The notes beneath the pieces were generated by a model, which was given only the letters and a program-made list of their open reading frames with translations, did not search any database and was not told the origin of the DNA. 64,000 bases of DNA from the NCBI GenBank assembly GCA_043811375.1, contig JBDRNJ010000039.1, forward strand, positions 64,001-128,000, read 5' to 3'. This document shows, one piece after another, positions 1 to 10,183 of the stretch. Source of the stretch: a bacterium. Lineage in GTDB: Bacteria; Zixibacteria; MSB-5A5; GN15; FEB-12. Both the position numbers and the translations under genes were made by a program. Every line of letters starts with the position of its first letter. Position 1 is the stretch's first letter.

Positions 1-121
1 GGCCGGTATAGATCACTTCCATCCCGGCATCACGCAGCGCCGCGGCGATTACTTTGATACCCCGGTCATGTCCGTCCAGACCGGGCTTGGCTAAGAGAAC
101 TCTGATTTTTTGTTCTGGCAT
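1..121 (-). CDS. Cobalamin-binding small subunit of acyl-CoA mutase (IcmB/MutB-type), truncated at window edge
   Basis: Manual translation from ATG at 121 gives [40 protein letters not shown], which has the DxHxxG B12-binding motif; it lies directly downstream of the large subunit. Confidence 0.92.
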   Translation of the reverse strand, partial: MPEQKIRVLLAKPGLDGHDRGIKVIAAALRDAGMEVIYTG

Positions 122-211
122 ATTCTATGTCCGATGGTTTGATCTTGTCATATTCAACTTACCGCCCGATCCGCCGTTGCTATGGTTACTACTGAACCTG
201 TTTCCTCCCCC

Positions 212-1909
212 CTACCCCGGTTGCATGGCCCCGGCCGGTTCGACGTATTCGCCCCAGACCTCGCGCAGGACATCACACATCTCACCCAGCGTAGCATACT
301 TGCGGCTGCATTCCAGGATCGCCTCGAAAGTGTTACCGTCACCCTTGGCGACCGTCTTGAGGTTGGCCAGCGCTGCCTGAACCGCCCCGTTGTCACGCTC
401 GGCGCGTATTTTCTTTACAAACGCCACCTGCTGCTGCTCTACCTCTCGGTCGATTCTCAGGATCGGTATATCGATCTTTTCATTTTCCATTACGAAATCA
501 TTCACACCGACAATTTTGCGCTCGTCTTTTTCGATTTCCCGTTGGAAACGGTAGGCCGACCTGGCGATCTCCCGCTGGAAAAAGCCTTCCTCGACACAAG
601 CCACCACGCCGCCGCGTCGTTTTATCTCCTCGAAATACTTCTCCGCCTCGGCTTCCATCTTGTCGGTCAGCGCCTCGATGAAATACGATCCGGCCAGCGG
701 ATCGATAGTATTGGCGACGCCGCTTTCGTATGCAATTATCTGTTGCGTGCGTAGCGCGATCGTCACCGCTTTCTCACCGGGCAGGGCCAGTGTTTCATCC
801 ATTGAGTTGGTGTGCAGCGACTGGGTGCCGCCCAGCACACCTGAGAGCGCCTGCAGCGCCACCCGCACGATATTGTTCTCCGGCTGCTGGGCAGTAAGCG
901 AACAACCGGCCGTCTGAGTGTGAAAACGGCACAGCCAGCTGCGGGGGTCTTTGGCCTTGTATTTGTCGCGCATCCGTTTGGCGTAGATACGTCGCGCCGC
1001 CCGGTACTTGGCGATCTCTTCGAAGAAATCGGAGTGGGCGTTAAAGAAAAACGACAACCGGGGAGCAAAGTCGTCGACTTTCTGTCCCGCCTCGATAGCC
1101 GACTCGATATACTGAAAACCGTCGGCCAGCGTGAATGCCAACTCCTGCACAGCGGTGGCGCCCGCTTCGCGGATATGGTAGCCGGAGATCGAGATAGTAT
1201 TCCACTGGGGGACATGGTTGGTGCAGAACTCCATCAGGTCGGTTATCAGACGTATAGACGGTCGCGGCGGGTAAATAAACTCCTTCTGCGCCATGTACTC
1301 TTTGAGAATGTCATTCTGGAGTGTCCCCCGTACCTTGTCAAACGGCACCCCCTGCTTTTCAGCCACCGCCAGGTACATTGCCAGCGCCATCGAGGCGGGA
1401 GAGTTGATAGTCATTGAGGTCGAAACTTTCGCCAGATCGATCCCGTCAAAAATGATCTCCATGTCGGCCAGCGAGTCGACCGCCACGCCGCATTTGCCGA
1501 CCTCGCCGAGCGCGTGGTGGTGGTCTGAATCGTAGCCCATCAGGGTCGGCATATCAAACGCCGTCGACAGGCCGGTGCCGCCCTGTTTCAGCAGGTAATG
1601 AAACCGCTGGTTTGTCTGGCGCGGGGTGCCCATTCCGGCAAACTGACGCATAGTCCACAGCCGAGTGCGGTACATAGTATGATGCACCCCCCGGGTATAG
1701 GGAAACTCACCGGGCAGACCGATGTGGTCCCAGTAGTGCTGGTCCCGGTTGCCACCAGCGATCGAATCGGGTGTATAGAGTTCGTCTATGTCAACGCTCG
1801 AGACGGTGAAAAACTTAGGCATCGACTTGCGGCTTCGGGTTTTGGCGGCCGCTTTATCCCACTGGCCGAGGCGTGCCTTGAGGCTGTCGAGCAACTTCTT
1901 TGAGAACAT
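212..1909 (-). CDS. B12-dependent acyl-CoA mutase large subunit, isobutyryl-CoA mutase (IcmA)-like
   Basis: [41 protein letters not shown] and HTNSMDE motifs; no fused B12 domain. Confidence 0.9.
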   Translation of the reverse strand: MFSKKLLDSLKARLGQWDKAAAKTRSRKSMPKFFTVSSVDIDELYTPDSIAGGNRDQHYWDHIGLPGEFPYTRGVHHTMYRTRLWTMRQFAGMGTPRQTNQRFHYLLKQGGTGLSTAFDMPTLMGYDSDHHHALGEVGKCGVAVDSLADMEIIFDGIDLAKVSTSMTINSPASMALAMYLAVAEKQGVPFDKVRGTLQNDILKEYMAQKEFIYPPRPSIRLITDLMEFCTNHVPQWNTISISGYHIREAGATAVQELAFTLADGFQYIESAIEAGQKVDDFAPRLSFFFNAHSDFFEEIAKYRAARRIYAKRMRDKYKAKDPRSWLCRFHTQTAGCSLTAQQPENNIVRVALQALSGVLGGTQSLHTNSMDETLALPGEKAVTIALRTQQIIAYESGVANTIDPLAGSYFIEALTDKMEAEAEKYFEEIKRRGGVVACVEEGFFQREIARSAYRFQREIEKDERKIVGVNDFVMENEKIDIPILRIDREVEQQQVAFVKKIRAERDNGAVQAALANLKTVAKGDGNTFEAILECSRKYATLGEMCDVLREVWGEYVEPAGAMQPG

Positions 1910-2098
1910 GCCGGCAATTCTCCAACTGTATATTTGACAATGAATTTAATGCAACCGGCGGCCAAAATCAAGTTGATAGCGGCAAGCCGCTTTTGCCCAA
2001 TGGCGGCATGAACAAAGATGTTGAAGCCGCATCTATAACTTACAATATCTCAGTCCTACATCCATTGCGCGATAGTTAAGTGTGACGACTCCGCTCAG

Positions 2099-2236
2099 GG
2101 TGACTACAAAGACTCCTCTTTGAGGTCGGCTTCTTGCGCTGTCACGAATCCTTTCGTGACGGCAAATTTGGTGCGATCAGGAAGGGATTCCTAACCGCGC
2201 GTGGTGACGACAAAGCCTCCTCTTTGAGGTCGGCTT
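2099..2236. repeat. Pair of 34-nt direct repeats flanking two hairpins (REP-like cluster)
   Basis: ggtgactacaaagactcctctttgaggtcggctt (2099-2132) vs ggtgacgacaaagcctcctctttgaggtcggctt (2203-2236), 32/34 identical; GTCACGAA-tcct-TTCGTGAC hairpin between them. Confidence 0.75.
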
Positions 2237-3478
2237 TCAGAATAACCCCCTAACATCCCCGGCCACCTGCTTCTTGAAAAACACCGGGTCGGTGTCTCCC
2301 TCGGTGTTAAGAAGCAGAACGGTCGACTCCGGCGACAAATCAAGCCGCTCACGAACGGCTGCCGGTGAATTATCCCGGCAAATATCCAGCAGCGCCGCCA
2401 GACCGGCAGCGCCGGATTCACCGGAAACGACAATCGGGTCGGAGCCATCCGGGTGGTAATATGTCCGCATCGCTGCGACACCTGATTCATCATTTACCGT
2501 GAGAAACAGGTCATAGCTGTCGCGCACCAGTGGCCAGGCGACCGGCGAGGGCTGCCCGCAGTTGAGACCGGCCATTATTGACTGCTGATCGCCACGGGTG
2601 GCCGTCGGTTGCCCCCCGGAGAGGACAGACTCCAAAAGGCAGTCGGACTCGGCCGGTTCGACCGCCACCAGCCTGATATCGGATCGCATCCTTTCCCGAC
2701 GGTAATACCATCCCGCCGCCGCCGCCAGCGCACCCACTCCGCCCTGGACTATAACCACATCCACCCGGTCCAATCCATCCGCCTGATCTATTTCCCGAAA
2801 CAACGTCAGATACCCGGCCATGACCCAGCGCGGAATCTCGGTATATCCCGGCCACGAGGTATCGGAAATTACCTGCCAATCATTCTTTTCTGCCGCCCGT
2901 GCGGCCGCGACAACCGCGTCATCGTAGGTCCCGTCAACTACCGTTACCCCGGCACCTTCGGCGGCAATAGCCTCGATTCTGGCTTTAACTGTATCGCGTG
3001 GCACAAAAACTGCCGCCTTCTGACCCAGTCTCCGCGCTGTCCAGGCCACGCCGCGACCATGGTTGCCATCGGTGGCGGTGCAGAAAGTGAACCGGCCCGG
3101 CTCAATCAGATCAGCGCCTTCACGGTAGAAAACCTCAGGTTCGCACACTGCGGCTCCGTGTTCCCCGATGTGACGTTCAATAAAGCGGTATATGGCATAA
3201 GATGACCCCAGAACCTTAAACGCTTTCAGCCCCAGACGGTGTGATTCATCTTTGACCAGGATTCGCCCCACACCCAACTTGCGAGCCAGTGACGGCAGGG
3301 AGTGCAGCGGAGTCAGCCGGTACCCGGGGATCGATTGATGAACGGCGGCGATGTCGTCCCGCTCGAAAGCGGCGCTGGTCTCATTATCCCACCGTGGGTC
3401 CCGTTGATGGTAGGGGTTGAAGCTGTAGCGGCATCTCCCGTGGGTGGCATCGTTGTGCTGTTCGTGCCCTGACGCCAT
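2237..3478 (-). CDS. dpaL: Diaminopropionate ammonia-lyase (PLP, fold type II)
   Basis: VKDESHRLGLKAFKVLG (PLP lysine), ATDGNHGRGVAW, ISDTSWPGY, SIMAGLNCG, GESGAAGL, NTEGDTDP. Confidence 0.88.
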   Translation of the reverse strand: MASGHEQHNDATHGRCRYSFNPYHQRDPRWDNETSAAFERDDIAAVHQSIPGYRLTPLHSLPSLARKLGVGRILVKDESHRLGLKAFKVLGSSYAIYRFIERHIGEHGAAVCEPEVFYREGADLIEPGRFTFCTATDGNHGRGVAWTARRLGQKAAVFVPRDTVKARIEAIAAEGAGVTVVDGTYDDAVVAAARAAEKNDWQVISDTSWPGYTEIPRWVMAGYLTLFREIDQADGLDRVDVVIVQGGVGALAAAAGWYYRRERMRSDIRLVAVEPAESDCLLESVLSGGQPTATRGDQQSIMAGLNCGQPSPVAWPLVRDSYDLFLTVNDESGVAAMRTYYHPDGSDPIVVSGESGAAGLAALLDICRDNSPAAVRERLDLSPESTVLLLNTEGDTDPVFFKKQVAGDVRGLF

Positions 3479-3484
3479 CGTCGA

Positions 3485-4531
3485 CTACTCCCGGTCCAGC
3501 CTCTGACCGGTGTCGGAATCAAAAAAGAGCAGGTCCTGCACATTGAAAGTGAAGTTGACCGTTCGCCCCGGTGACAGTTGCGTCGGGCAGTTGGCCACAG
3601 TCAGTGATTGTCCCTTGAACGACAGCGTTACCACATACTGTCCACCCAAATACTCCGACGATTCCACCGTTGCAATATACTCGCCGTCCGGCGTGATGCT
3701 GATTTGCTCCGGTCGTATTCCCACCAGCAATTGATTGACCCGCAGTTGCCGGTTGATCAGAACAACCCCAAACGGAATGAGCACTTGTTTCTCTATGCGA
3801 GCCGGCACCAGATTCATTTTGGGAGACCCGATAAACTCCGCCACGAACCGATTGGCGGGGTCGCCGTACAGTTCCTGCGGTGAACCGAGCTGGACTATTT
3901 GTCCCTCGTTAAGAAGAGCGATGCGATCTCCCATTGTCAGGGCTTCCGCCTGGTCGTGCGTAACGTGAATCGCGGTAGTCTTGAGCTTTTTTTGCAACTG
4001 CACGATCTCCCGTCGCATTCTTGCCCGAAGATCAGCGTCGAGATTGGACAACGGTTCGTCAAAAAGAAACAATGCCGGTTGGCGGATAATTGCCCGACCG
4101 AGGGCCACACGCTGCCGCTGGCCGCCGGAGAGTTGCGCCGGGTAGGCATCGAGCCTGTCGGCCAGCCCCAGGGTCTGCGCCACCTGGTGTACCCGGCAGT
4201 GTCTTTCCCCACGACCAAACCCGGCCACCCGCAGAGGGAAAGCCAGGTTTTTCGCCACTGTCATGTGGGGATAAAGGGAGTAGTTCTGAAACACCAGGGC
4301 CACGTTGCGGTCCCGCGGACGGAGGTGATCGACCCGCCGATCGGCAATGTATATCTCTCCCCGGTCGGCCTCTTCCAGCCCGGCCACCAGCCGTAATAAT
4401 GTCGTCTTTCCACAACCGGACGGCCCCAACAGTACCAGTAGTTCGCCGCCGGTCAACTCGAGGGAGATGTCTCGAAGAACTTCAACACCATCGAAAGACT
4501 TGCCGAGATTGCGAATCGCCAGCCCGCTCAT
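3485..4531 (-). CDS. ABC transporter ATP-binding subunit, MalK/UgpC/MsmX family
   Basis: GPSGCGKT, VFQNYSLYPHMTV, LSGGQRQR, FDEPLSNLDA, HVTHDQAEA; C-terminal TOBE-like region. Confidence 0.92.
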   Translation of the reverse strand: MSGLAIRNLGKSFDGVEVLRDISLELTGGELLVLLGPSGCGKTTLLRLVAGLEEADRGEIYIADRRVDHLRPRDRNVALVFQNYSLYPHMTVAKNLAFPLRVAGFGRGERHCRVHQVAQTLGLADRLDAYPAQLSGGQRQRVALGRAIIRQPALFLFDEPLSNLDADLRARMRREIVQLQKKLKTTAIHVTHDQAEALTMGDRIALLNEGQIVQLGSPQELYGDPANRFVAEFIGSPKMNLVPARIEKQVLIPFGVVLINRQLRVNQLLVGIRPEQISITPDGEYIATVESSEYLGGQYVVTLSFKGQSLTVANCPTQLSPGRTVNFTFNVQDLLFFDSDTGQRLDRE

Positions 4532-5620
4532 TCAGCTCATATCCTGTATATTCGCCTGGTGGATCCTGAAATTCCTGCTTCTGTCCCGCAAGCTCTGAGG
4601 AGGTTCAACGGCGGTTGTCATAAATAATTGTCCAAAATCTCCCAGTGATTGCATCAGTGCTTCCGACCGTTGCCGGTCCAACTCGGCAAACACTTCATCC
4701 AGCAGCAGCACCGGTTTGATTTTGCGAGCATCGCGCAGCCAGCAATAAACGGCCAGCTTGAGAGCAATGGCGGCTGTGCGACATTCCCCCTGCGAGCCGT
4801 GGGTGCGGGCCGGGTAATCGCCTATCTGAAACATGATCTCATCACGATGGGGACCGGTTAGAGAAGCTTTCAGCAGTGATTCACGTTGGCGCTGCCGTGC
4901 CAGAGCCGCCTCGAACGACTGATGAATGGTTTTGATATCGGTGCCGTCACCATCGACAGAAAACGAAGGTTGGTAGGTTAGCGACAACCGGCTCTGCCCG
5001 GCTATATCGGCATAGTAGTCTCCCGCCAGGTCGTCCATCCGGTCGATAAAGCGTTGCCGCGCTGCCATAACCTCGGCGCCATGGTTAATCATCAGGCTGT
5101 CAAAGGGTGTGGTATCGCCGTCCGCTTTGAGACAGGCGTTCTTCTGCAGCAAAGCTCTCTGGTAGTCCGTCAGATGGGACAGGTAGGAACATGAATACTG
5201 CGAAAGATAGATATCCAGAAAGCTGCGTCGCCCCGAGGGCGGTCCGGATAGTATCTGACCATCCTCCGGACCCAGCGATACTGCGGCGTGCGCTTCATAC
5301 AATTCGGTGATCGGCACCGTAATGTCGTCGATAGTAACCTTGCGGCGTGCTCCCCTTTGATAAGCCACCGCCACCGTGCTGCTTCTACCCCGGCACTCTA
5401 TATCACCCTCCAGCCGATAAACTTCCTGGCCGTGTCGCAACAGAATTATGTCCGCCGCTCGTCGCTGCGAACGTCCCAGACAAAGTACGAATAGTGCCTC
5501 CAGCAGGTTGGTTTTACCGGCGCCGTTGTTTCCATAGAAGATATTTACCGTGGGCGAAAAGTTTGCTGACAGTTGCGTGAAATTACGAAAGTCGACAATC
5601 GAAAGGTGTGCTATATTCAT
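4532..5620 (-). CDS. recF: DNA replication and repair protein RecF
   Basis: FRNF, GNNGAGKTNLLEA, GPHRDE, SQGECR, LLLDEVFAELD; downstream of dnaN; start set at ATG 5620. Confidence 0.95.
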   Translation of the reverse strand: MNIAHLSIVDFRNFTQLSANFSPTVNIFYGNNGAGKTNLLEALFVLCLGRSQRRAADIILLRHGQEVYRLEGDIECRGRSSTVAVAYQRGARRKVTIDDITVPITELYEAHAAVSLGPEDGQILSGPPSGRRSFLDIYLSQYSCSYLSHLTDYQRALLQKNACLKADGDTTPFDSLMINHGAEVMAARQRFIDRMDDLAGDYYADIAGQSRLSLTYQPSFSVDGDGTDIKTIHQSFEAALARQRQRESLLKASLTGPHRDEIMFQIGDYPARTHGSQGECRTAAIALKLAVYCWLRDARKIKPVLLLDEVFAELDRQRSEALMQSLGDFGQLFMTTAVEPPQSLRDRSRNFRIHQANIQDMS

Positions 5621-5771
5621 GAACCAAATCACAAAAAACGGCGGATGTTCGGAGATTGTCCCATAGGCAGGCTCCGGTCATACCTGGTCACAGATGAAGT
5701 TAAACCGCAATACACCAACACTCTGTAAAACCAAAACCCATCCCCGTAACCGGTATCACCCTTTCTATTAT

Positions 5772-5795
5772 GCGAGAGACAAGCTCCCGCTTTAC
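5772..5795 (-). repeat. REP-like palindrome, second copy at 60123-60146
   Basis: gcgagagacaagctcccgctttac vs gcgggagacaagctcctgctctat (20/24); forms a GCGGGAG...CTCCCGC stem. Confidence 0.6.
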
Positions 5796-5865
5796 GCAGA
5801 TCGGAATCACTATATCCGGGAACAACCTTCTGACACCTGCCATAATTGGTTCTCGTTGGTCACAC

Positions 5866-6978
5866 TCAGTCAGCCAATCGCAGGGGCATCACCAAGCAGA
5901 GAAACTCTTCCTTGCTTACCTCCGGGCTGTAGACCAGGGCTGCCGCCACCGCTGAAGAGAGTTCAAAAATAACCTCTTCACCGTCTACTTTATTCAGCAC
6001 ATCAGTGATATACGTAGCGTTGTAGCCAAGTTCAATCTCATCACCGGTGTAATCACACTCGATCATTTCTTTGCCTTCGCCACCCATATCTGCGTTGGCT
6101 GTGGATAGCGTCAGCAGGTTCTTTATTATACTGAATTTTACCTGGTGGGTGAGTGCATTGGATAGAATTGATACCCTTCGAACCGCGCCGGCCAGGTCAT
6201 TTTTAGATACCGTCATTTTTTTGTCGTTATCTGCCGGTATTACCTGCTCAAAACTCGGGTAAGGACCTTCAATAAGCCTTGAACTGAGAATAATGTCACC
6301 CATATTGAAGATAATATTGTTCTCGCCGAATATAATACCTACGTCGCTACTCTCCCCCGGCAGCAGTTTGGGAATAAGGTCCAGTACTTTGGGCGGAATT
6401 ATGACATCCTCGTGTAATCCTTTTAATTTCTTATTCTCCACCGCAAACTTTGCCAGCCGGTGACCATCAGTAGCCACCATCTGCATCTGATCGCCCTGCG
6501 TCTGCCACAACACTCCGTTCAGTGCTGGTCGTGTTTCATCATCAGAACAGGCAAAGGTCACCTTGCGGATCATCTTGACCAGGTCCGATCCGCTAATCCG
6601 GATTTCCTTCTTCGTGTTTACCGCCGGTAGTTTGGGAAAATCTTCCGCCGCCACAGTGCCGATTCGATAGGAGCCGTTCGGTATTTTTATCTCCACCCGG
6701 GAACCGCTGGTTTCAAAACTGATCTCTGTCTCCGGCAGTTCTTTGACTATATCGAAAAGGATGCGAGCCGGCATCGAAACGGATCCTTTCTTGTTTACCA
6801 CACAGTCAATAGAAGTAGAGATCGATATATCAAGGTCCGTCGCGGAAAGCTTGATCTTATTCTCCAGCGCTTCAATTAGAATGTTCGTCAGGATTGGCAG
6901 TGTTGACTTAGTTGGTACTACCTGCAGAATATACTGCATGTACCCACTGAGCTTGGATTTTGGTACGGAGAATTTCAT
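5866..6978 (-). CDS. dnaN: DNA polymerase III beta clamp
   Basis: STLPILTNILI, ATDLDI, DETRPALNGV, VATDGHRLA, SRLIEGPYP, C-terminal LVMPLR; adjacent to dnaA. Confidence 0.97.
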   Translation of the reverse strand: MKFSVPKSKLSGYMQYILQVVPTKSTLPILTNILIEALENKIKLSATDLDISISTSIDCVVNKKGSVSMPARILFDIVKELPETEISFETSGSRVEIKIPNGSYRIGTVAAEDFPKLPAVNTKKEIRISGSDLVKMIRKVTFACSDDETRPALNGVLWQTQGDQMQMVATDGHRLAKFAVENKKLKGLHEDVIIPPKVLDLIPKLLPGESSDVGIIFGENNIIFNMGDIILSSRLIEGPYPSFEQVIPADNDKKMTVSKNDLAGAVRRVSILSNALTHQVKFSIIKNLLTLSTANADMGGEGKEMIECDYTGDEIELGYNATYITDVLNKVDGEEVIFELSSAVAAALVYSPEVSKEEFLCLVMPLRLAD

Positions 6979-7261
6979 CGATATTTTCCTCTATTAGATT
7001 ATTTTTCCACAACTAATTATAACTATTCAGTATCTTTATATATATAATTTAATTAATATAGGCTCTGGATATGTTTATATTTATGCCGCCACTACAACAT
7101 AACATTGCTTTGACTTTAATACCAATGGTTTAATCCGGCTTATTATTTAGAGTCTTTTCCCCTTACACGGTAATAACCTGTGAACAACCAATCTGGTTTG
7201 ACGACAACCTGATGATACACAGAACTTCCAATTTCTACACACATTAGTTATTCACAACTGT
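6979..7261. other. oriC: Replication origin oriC (dnaA-dnaN intergenic part with AT-rich unwinding element)
   Basis: DnaA boxes TTATTCACA 7248-7256, TTTTCCACA 7003-7011 and TGTGAACAA 7179-7187; very AT-rich tract at about 7012-7060. Confidence 0.8.
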
Positions 7262-8635
7262 CTAATAAAGTAAAGACGCTGAAAGTTGGTCAATCTTTGT
7301 TCGGAAAGTTGGATCAGTAGCCATCCTTTTTGTAATCAGATCGCAGGCATGAATTACCGTGGAATGATCACGTCCTCCAAAGGCGGCGCCGATAACTTTC
7401 AGGGAACTGTCGGTCAGGCATCGGGAGAGGTACATAGCAGCCTGTCGCGCCAGCGCTATATGAGATGTTTTTTTCTTGGCTTGCATCATTTCAATCTCGA
7501 TATGGAAAAACTCCGCGGCTTTTTCCTGAATTGTTTTGATCGTCACTTCCCGACGCTGTAGCGTAAGGTTATCCACGAGCACTTTGTGGGCCAGTTCCGC
7601 ATCAACGGGGACCCCTTTAAGTGAAGCATAGGCCAACAGTCGAATCAGAGCACCCTCCAGTTCCCGAATGTTGGTAGAGATTCTGTCGGCAATCAGTCGC
7701 ACCACCTCTCCAGGTACACTGATGCCCTCAGATTCCAGCTTTTTCTGCAGGATGGCCATACGATTTTCCAAATCCGGTGCCTGCAGATCTGTTACCAGGC
7801 CCCAGGAGAAACGGGACAACAGGCGAGCCTCCAGCCCCTTGATCTCCTTCGGGGGGCGATCTGAAGTCAGAATAATCTGTTTACCCAGATGGTGAAGAGT
7901 ATTAAAAGTATGAAAAAACTGCTCCTGCGTTGACTCCTTGCCGGTGAAGAACTGGATATCGTCGATAATCAGCACGTCGACATTGCGGTACATCCGGGTA
8001 AAATCAGGTATTGAACGGTCGGAGATGGCGGCTATGAAGTCAGAGGTGAATTTTTCAGAAGTGGCATAAATTACTCTTTTGGAGGGAAAGGTGGCCAGAA
8101 TGGTATTACCGATAGCCTGAACAATGTGTGTTTTCCCCAGCCCCGTACCGCCATAAATCAGTAGCGGATTATACTTGGAAAGTCCGTGAGCCTCCGCAAC
8201 CGCCATTGAAGCGGCGCAGGCAAATTCATTAAAACCACCCACCACCAGCGAGTCAAAATCATACTTGGCATTGAGATTACACTGGCTGGACAACCTCCCG
8301 GCTTCGGAACTATTGGTCGGCGTAGCAGATAAACTTTCCAGATTGAGAAATTCCTGCTCCTCGGAATGGCTATTACTGCCGGCCAGGTAAACCACGTTGT
8401 ATTGGTGCCCCAGCGCCTCAGTGAAGGCTTCATCAATGAGGTCACCAAAGTGGCTGTCAATCCAATCAGCTACGAACTGGTTGGGAACGGTAATAGTAAA
8501 CTCTCCATCACCGTTTACTTTGCCTTTCGTTGGCTTGAACCAGGTGTTAAACGACTGTTCCGTCAGTCGACGCGAAATGTACAACAGACAGTCTTTCCAT
8601 TCCGGCGAGTTGGTAGTTTCTGGTGTATTCATCAA
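7262..8635 (-). CDS. dnaA: Chromosomal replication initiator DnaA
   Basis: YNPLLIYGGTGLGKTH, IIDDIQF, QEQFFHTFN, NIRELEGAL, FGGRDHSTVIHA. Confidence 0.98.
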   Translation of the reverse strand: MMNTPETTNSPEWKDCLLYISRRLTEQSFNTWFKPTKGKVNGDGEFTITVPNQFVADWIDSHFGDLIDEAFTEALGHQYNVVYLAGSNSHSEEQEFLNLESLSATPTNSSEAGRLSSQCNLNAKYDFDSLVVGGFNEFACAASMAVAEAHGLSKYNPLLIYGGTGLGKTHIVQAIGNTILATFPSKRVIYATSEKFTSDFIAAISDRSIPDFTRMYRNVDVLIIDDIQFFTGKESTQEQFFHTFNTLHHLGKQIILTSDRPPKEIKGLEARLLSRFSWGLVTDLQAPDLENRMAILQKKLESEGISVPGEVVRLIADRISTNIRELEGALIRLLAYASLKGVPVDAELAHKVLVDNLTLQRREVTIKTIQEKAAEFFHIEIEMMQAKKKTSHIALARQAAMYLSRCLTDSSLKVIGAAFGGRDHSTVIHACDLITKRMATDPTFRTKIDQLSASLLY

Positions 8636-8729
8636 AATTCCCCTGCTAAGTTATGAACCGGGCTGCTCGACAGCCACCAGTGTGTCATTTGTCCCTACTC
8701 TCTTAATCCAAAGGGGGCAGCAATCCACC

Positions 8730-8890
8730 ACCCACAAGTTATCAACAAATTACAGCAATGAAGTAAAAGCTAACCCAAACCATAACAAGTGACTAAGAAG
8801 CTCCCCGCGTCACCTGCCAACAACTTACTAACATTATAGTAATCAACAGCTTTCACACACTTAGATAGACCCGATCGAAGCCTCAGTCAA
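8730..8890 (-). promoter_or_regulatory. dnaA promoter with degenerate DnaA boxes
   Basis: Minus-strand TTGACT (8890-8885), 17 nt, TATCTA (8867-8862); box-like TTATCAACA 8739-8747, TAATCAACA 8840-8848 and TTTCACACA 8851-8859. Confidence 0.6.
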
Positions 8891-9040
8891 GGCGGCTCCG
8901 GTATTTATTTCCTCATTTTCTGAAGTGATTACATCAAGCGTTGTTAGGCCGACATATTATCGGCATAGCCCGGGCCGACACTGGTGTGTAGGTGGTCTGT
9001 TTATATTAGCCGATGAATGAAGAGTATCTTTGGCAAAGGT

Positions 9041-10108
9041 TTATCGGCCCGGCATATTTTCGATAGCCTGAGCGAGGTTTTCAAACAGGGCAATTTCTTG
9101 CGCGGTGCCTTCCACAGAGACAGGGTGCCCGGTGTCGGCGCCTTCGCGTATGGATGTCATCAGCGGCAGCTCGGCCAGAAGAGGTACGCCAAGGCGCTGA
9201 GCCAATTGTTTGCCGCCATCTTTGCCGAAGATATAGTCTTTTTGGCCATTGTTGTCGTAGTAAGACATGTTCTCCACCACGCCGATAACTTTAAGTTTTG
9301 TTTTCTCCGCCAGCTTGGCCACCCGGCCGGCCACGTTAGTGGCTGCGACCTGGGGGGTGGTTACCACCAGCAGTTCGGCGGAAGGGATTGCCTGGGCGAT
9401 AGTCAGGGTAACATCACCGGTTCCCGGCGGCAGATCCAGAAACAAGTAGTCCAGGTCGTTGTCCCACATAACGTCACTAAGAAATTGGCTGACAGCCTTG
9501 TGTAACAATGGACCACGCCATATCACCGGCTCGTCCACTGAGACGAAAAAGCCCATCGATATGACCTGCATATTGTCGGTTGAGCGCAACGGAACCAACT
9601 TGTCGTCGATAGCGGTCGGTTTACCTGTAATGCCCAACATACCGGGGATAGAGAAACCGTAAACATCGGCATCAAGTAGACCGACCTTACGGCCGAGGTG
9701 AGCAAGGGAAGCGGCGAGATTGGCCGTGACGGTCGATTTGCCGACGCCGCCCTTGCCGGATGAAACGGCAATAAACCGTTTGGCGAAGTTGCTTACCGTA
9801 GCTGACGGCTGAGAGCCTTTTTGAGCATGACCGAGTTTCTCACGCAGTCGCTGGCGTTGCTGTTCGGTCATAACGTCGAATTCCACCTTTACGGAATCGA
9901 CCCCTTCCAGACTTTTTACCCCATCTGTGATATCGTCGACAATTTTCGCTTTCAGTGGGCAGCCGGGTACGGTCAGGGTGATACCGACGGTCACTTCACT
10001 GCCGTTGATGTTGACGAACTTGACCATATCCAGTTCGGTCAGCGGCCTTCTCAATTCGGGATCATTAATCCCGCTGAGGACATCCATCACAGCTTGCTCA
10101 GTAACCAT
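9041..10108 (-). CDS. mrp: Mrp/ApbC/NBP35 Fe-S cluster carrier ATPase with N-terminal DUF59 domain
   Basis: INDPEL and TVPGCPL (DUF59); SGKGGVGKST, DADVYG, WRGPL, DLPPGTGD, GVVENMS. Confidence 0.92.
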   Translation of the reverse strand: MVTEQAVMDVLSGINDPELRRPLTELDMVKFVNINGSEVTVGITLTVPGCPLKAKIVDDITDGVKSLEGVDSVKVEFDVMTEQQRQRLREKLGHAQKGSQPSATVSNFAKRFIAVSSGKGGVGKSTVTANLAASLAHLGRKVGLLDADVYGFSIPGMLGITGKPTAIDDKLVPLRSTDNMQVISMGFFVSVDEPVIWRGPLLHKAVSQFLSDVMWDNDLDYLFLDLPPGTGDVTLTIAQAIPSAELLVVTTPQVAATNVAGRVAKLAEKTKLKVIGVVENMSYYDNNGQKDYIFGKDGGKQLAQRLGVPLLAELPLMTSIREGADTGHPVSVEGTAQEIALFENLAQAIENMPGR

Positions 10109-10183
10109 ATCTCCTCTTTCCGTTCGGGTCTTACTTACTCACAACAGACTTGCCTGATCAATGTTCCCGGTGCGACAGCCAGT

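Noticed and set aside
2099..2236. Possible mini CRISPR array
   Set aside because: Only two repeat copies, a 70-nt structured spacer and no cas genes in the window
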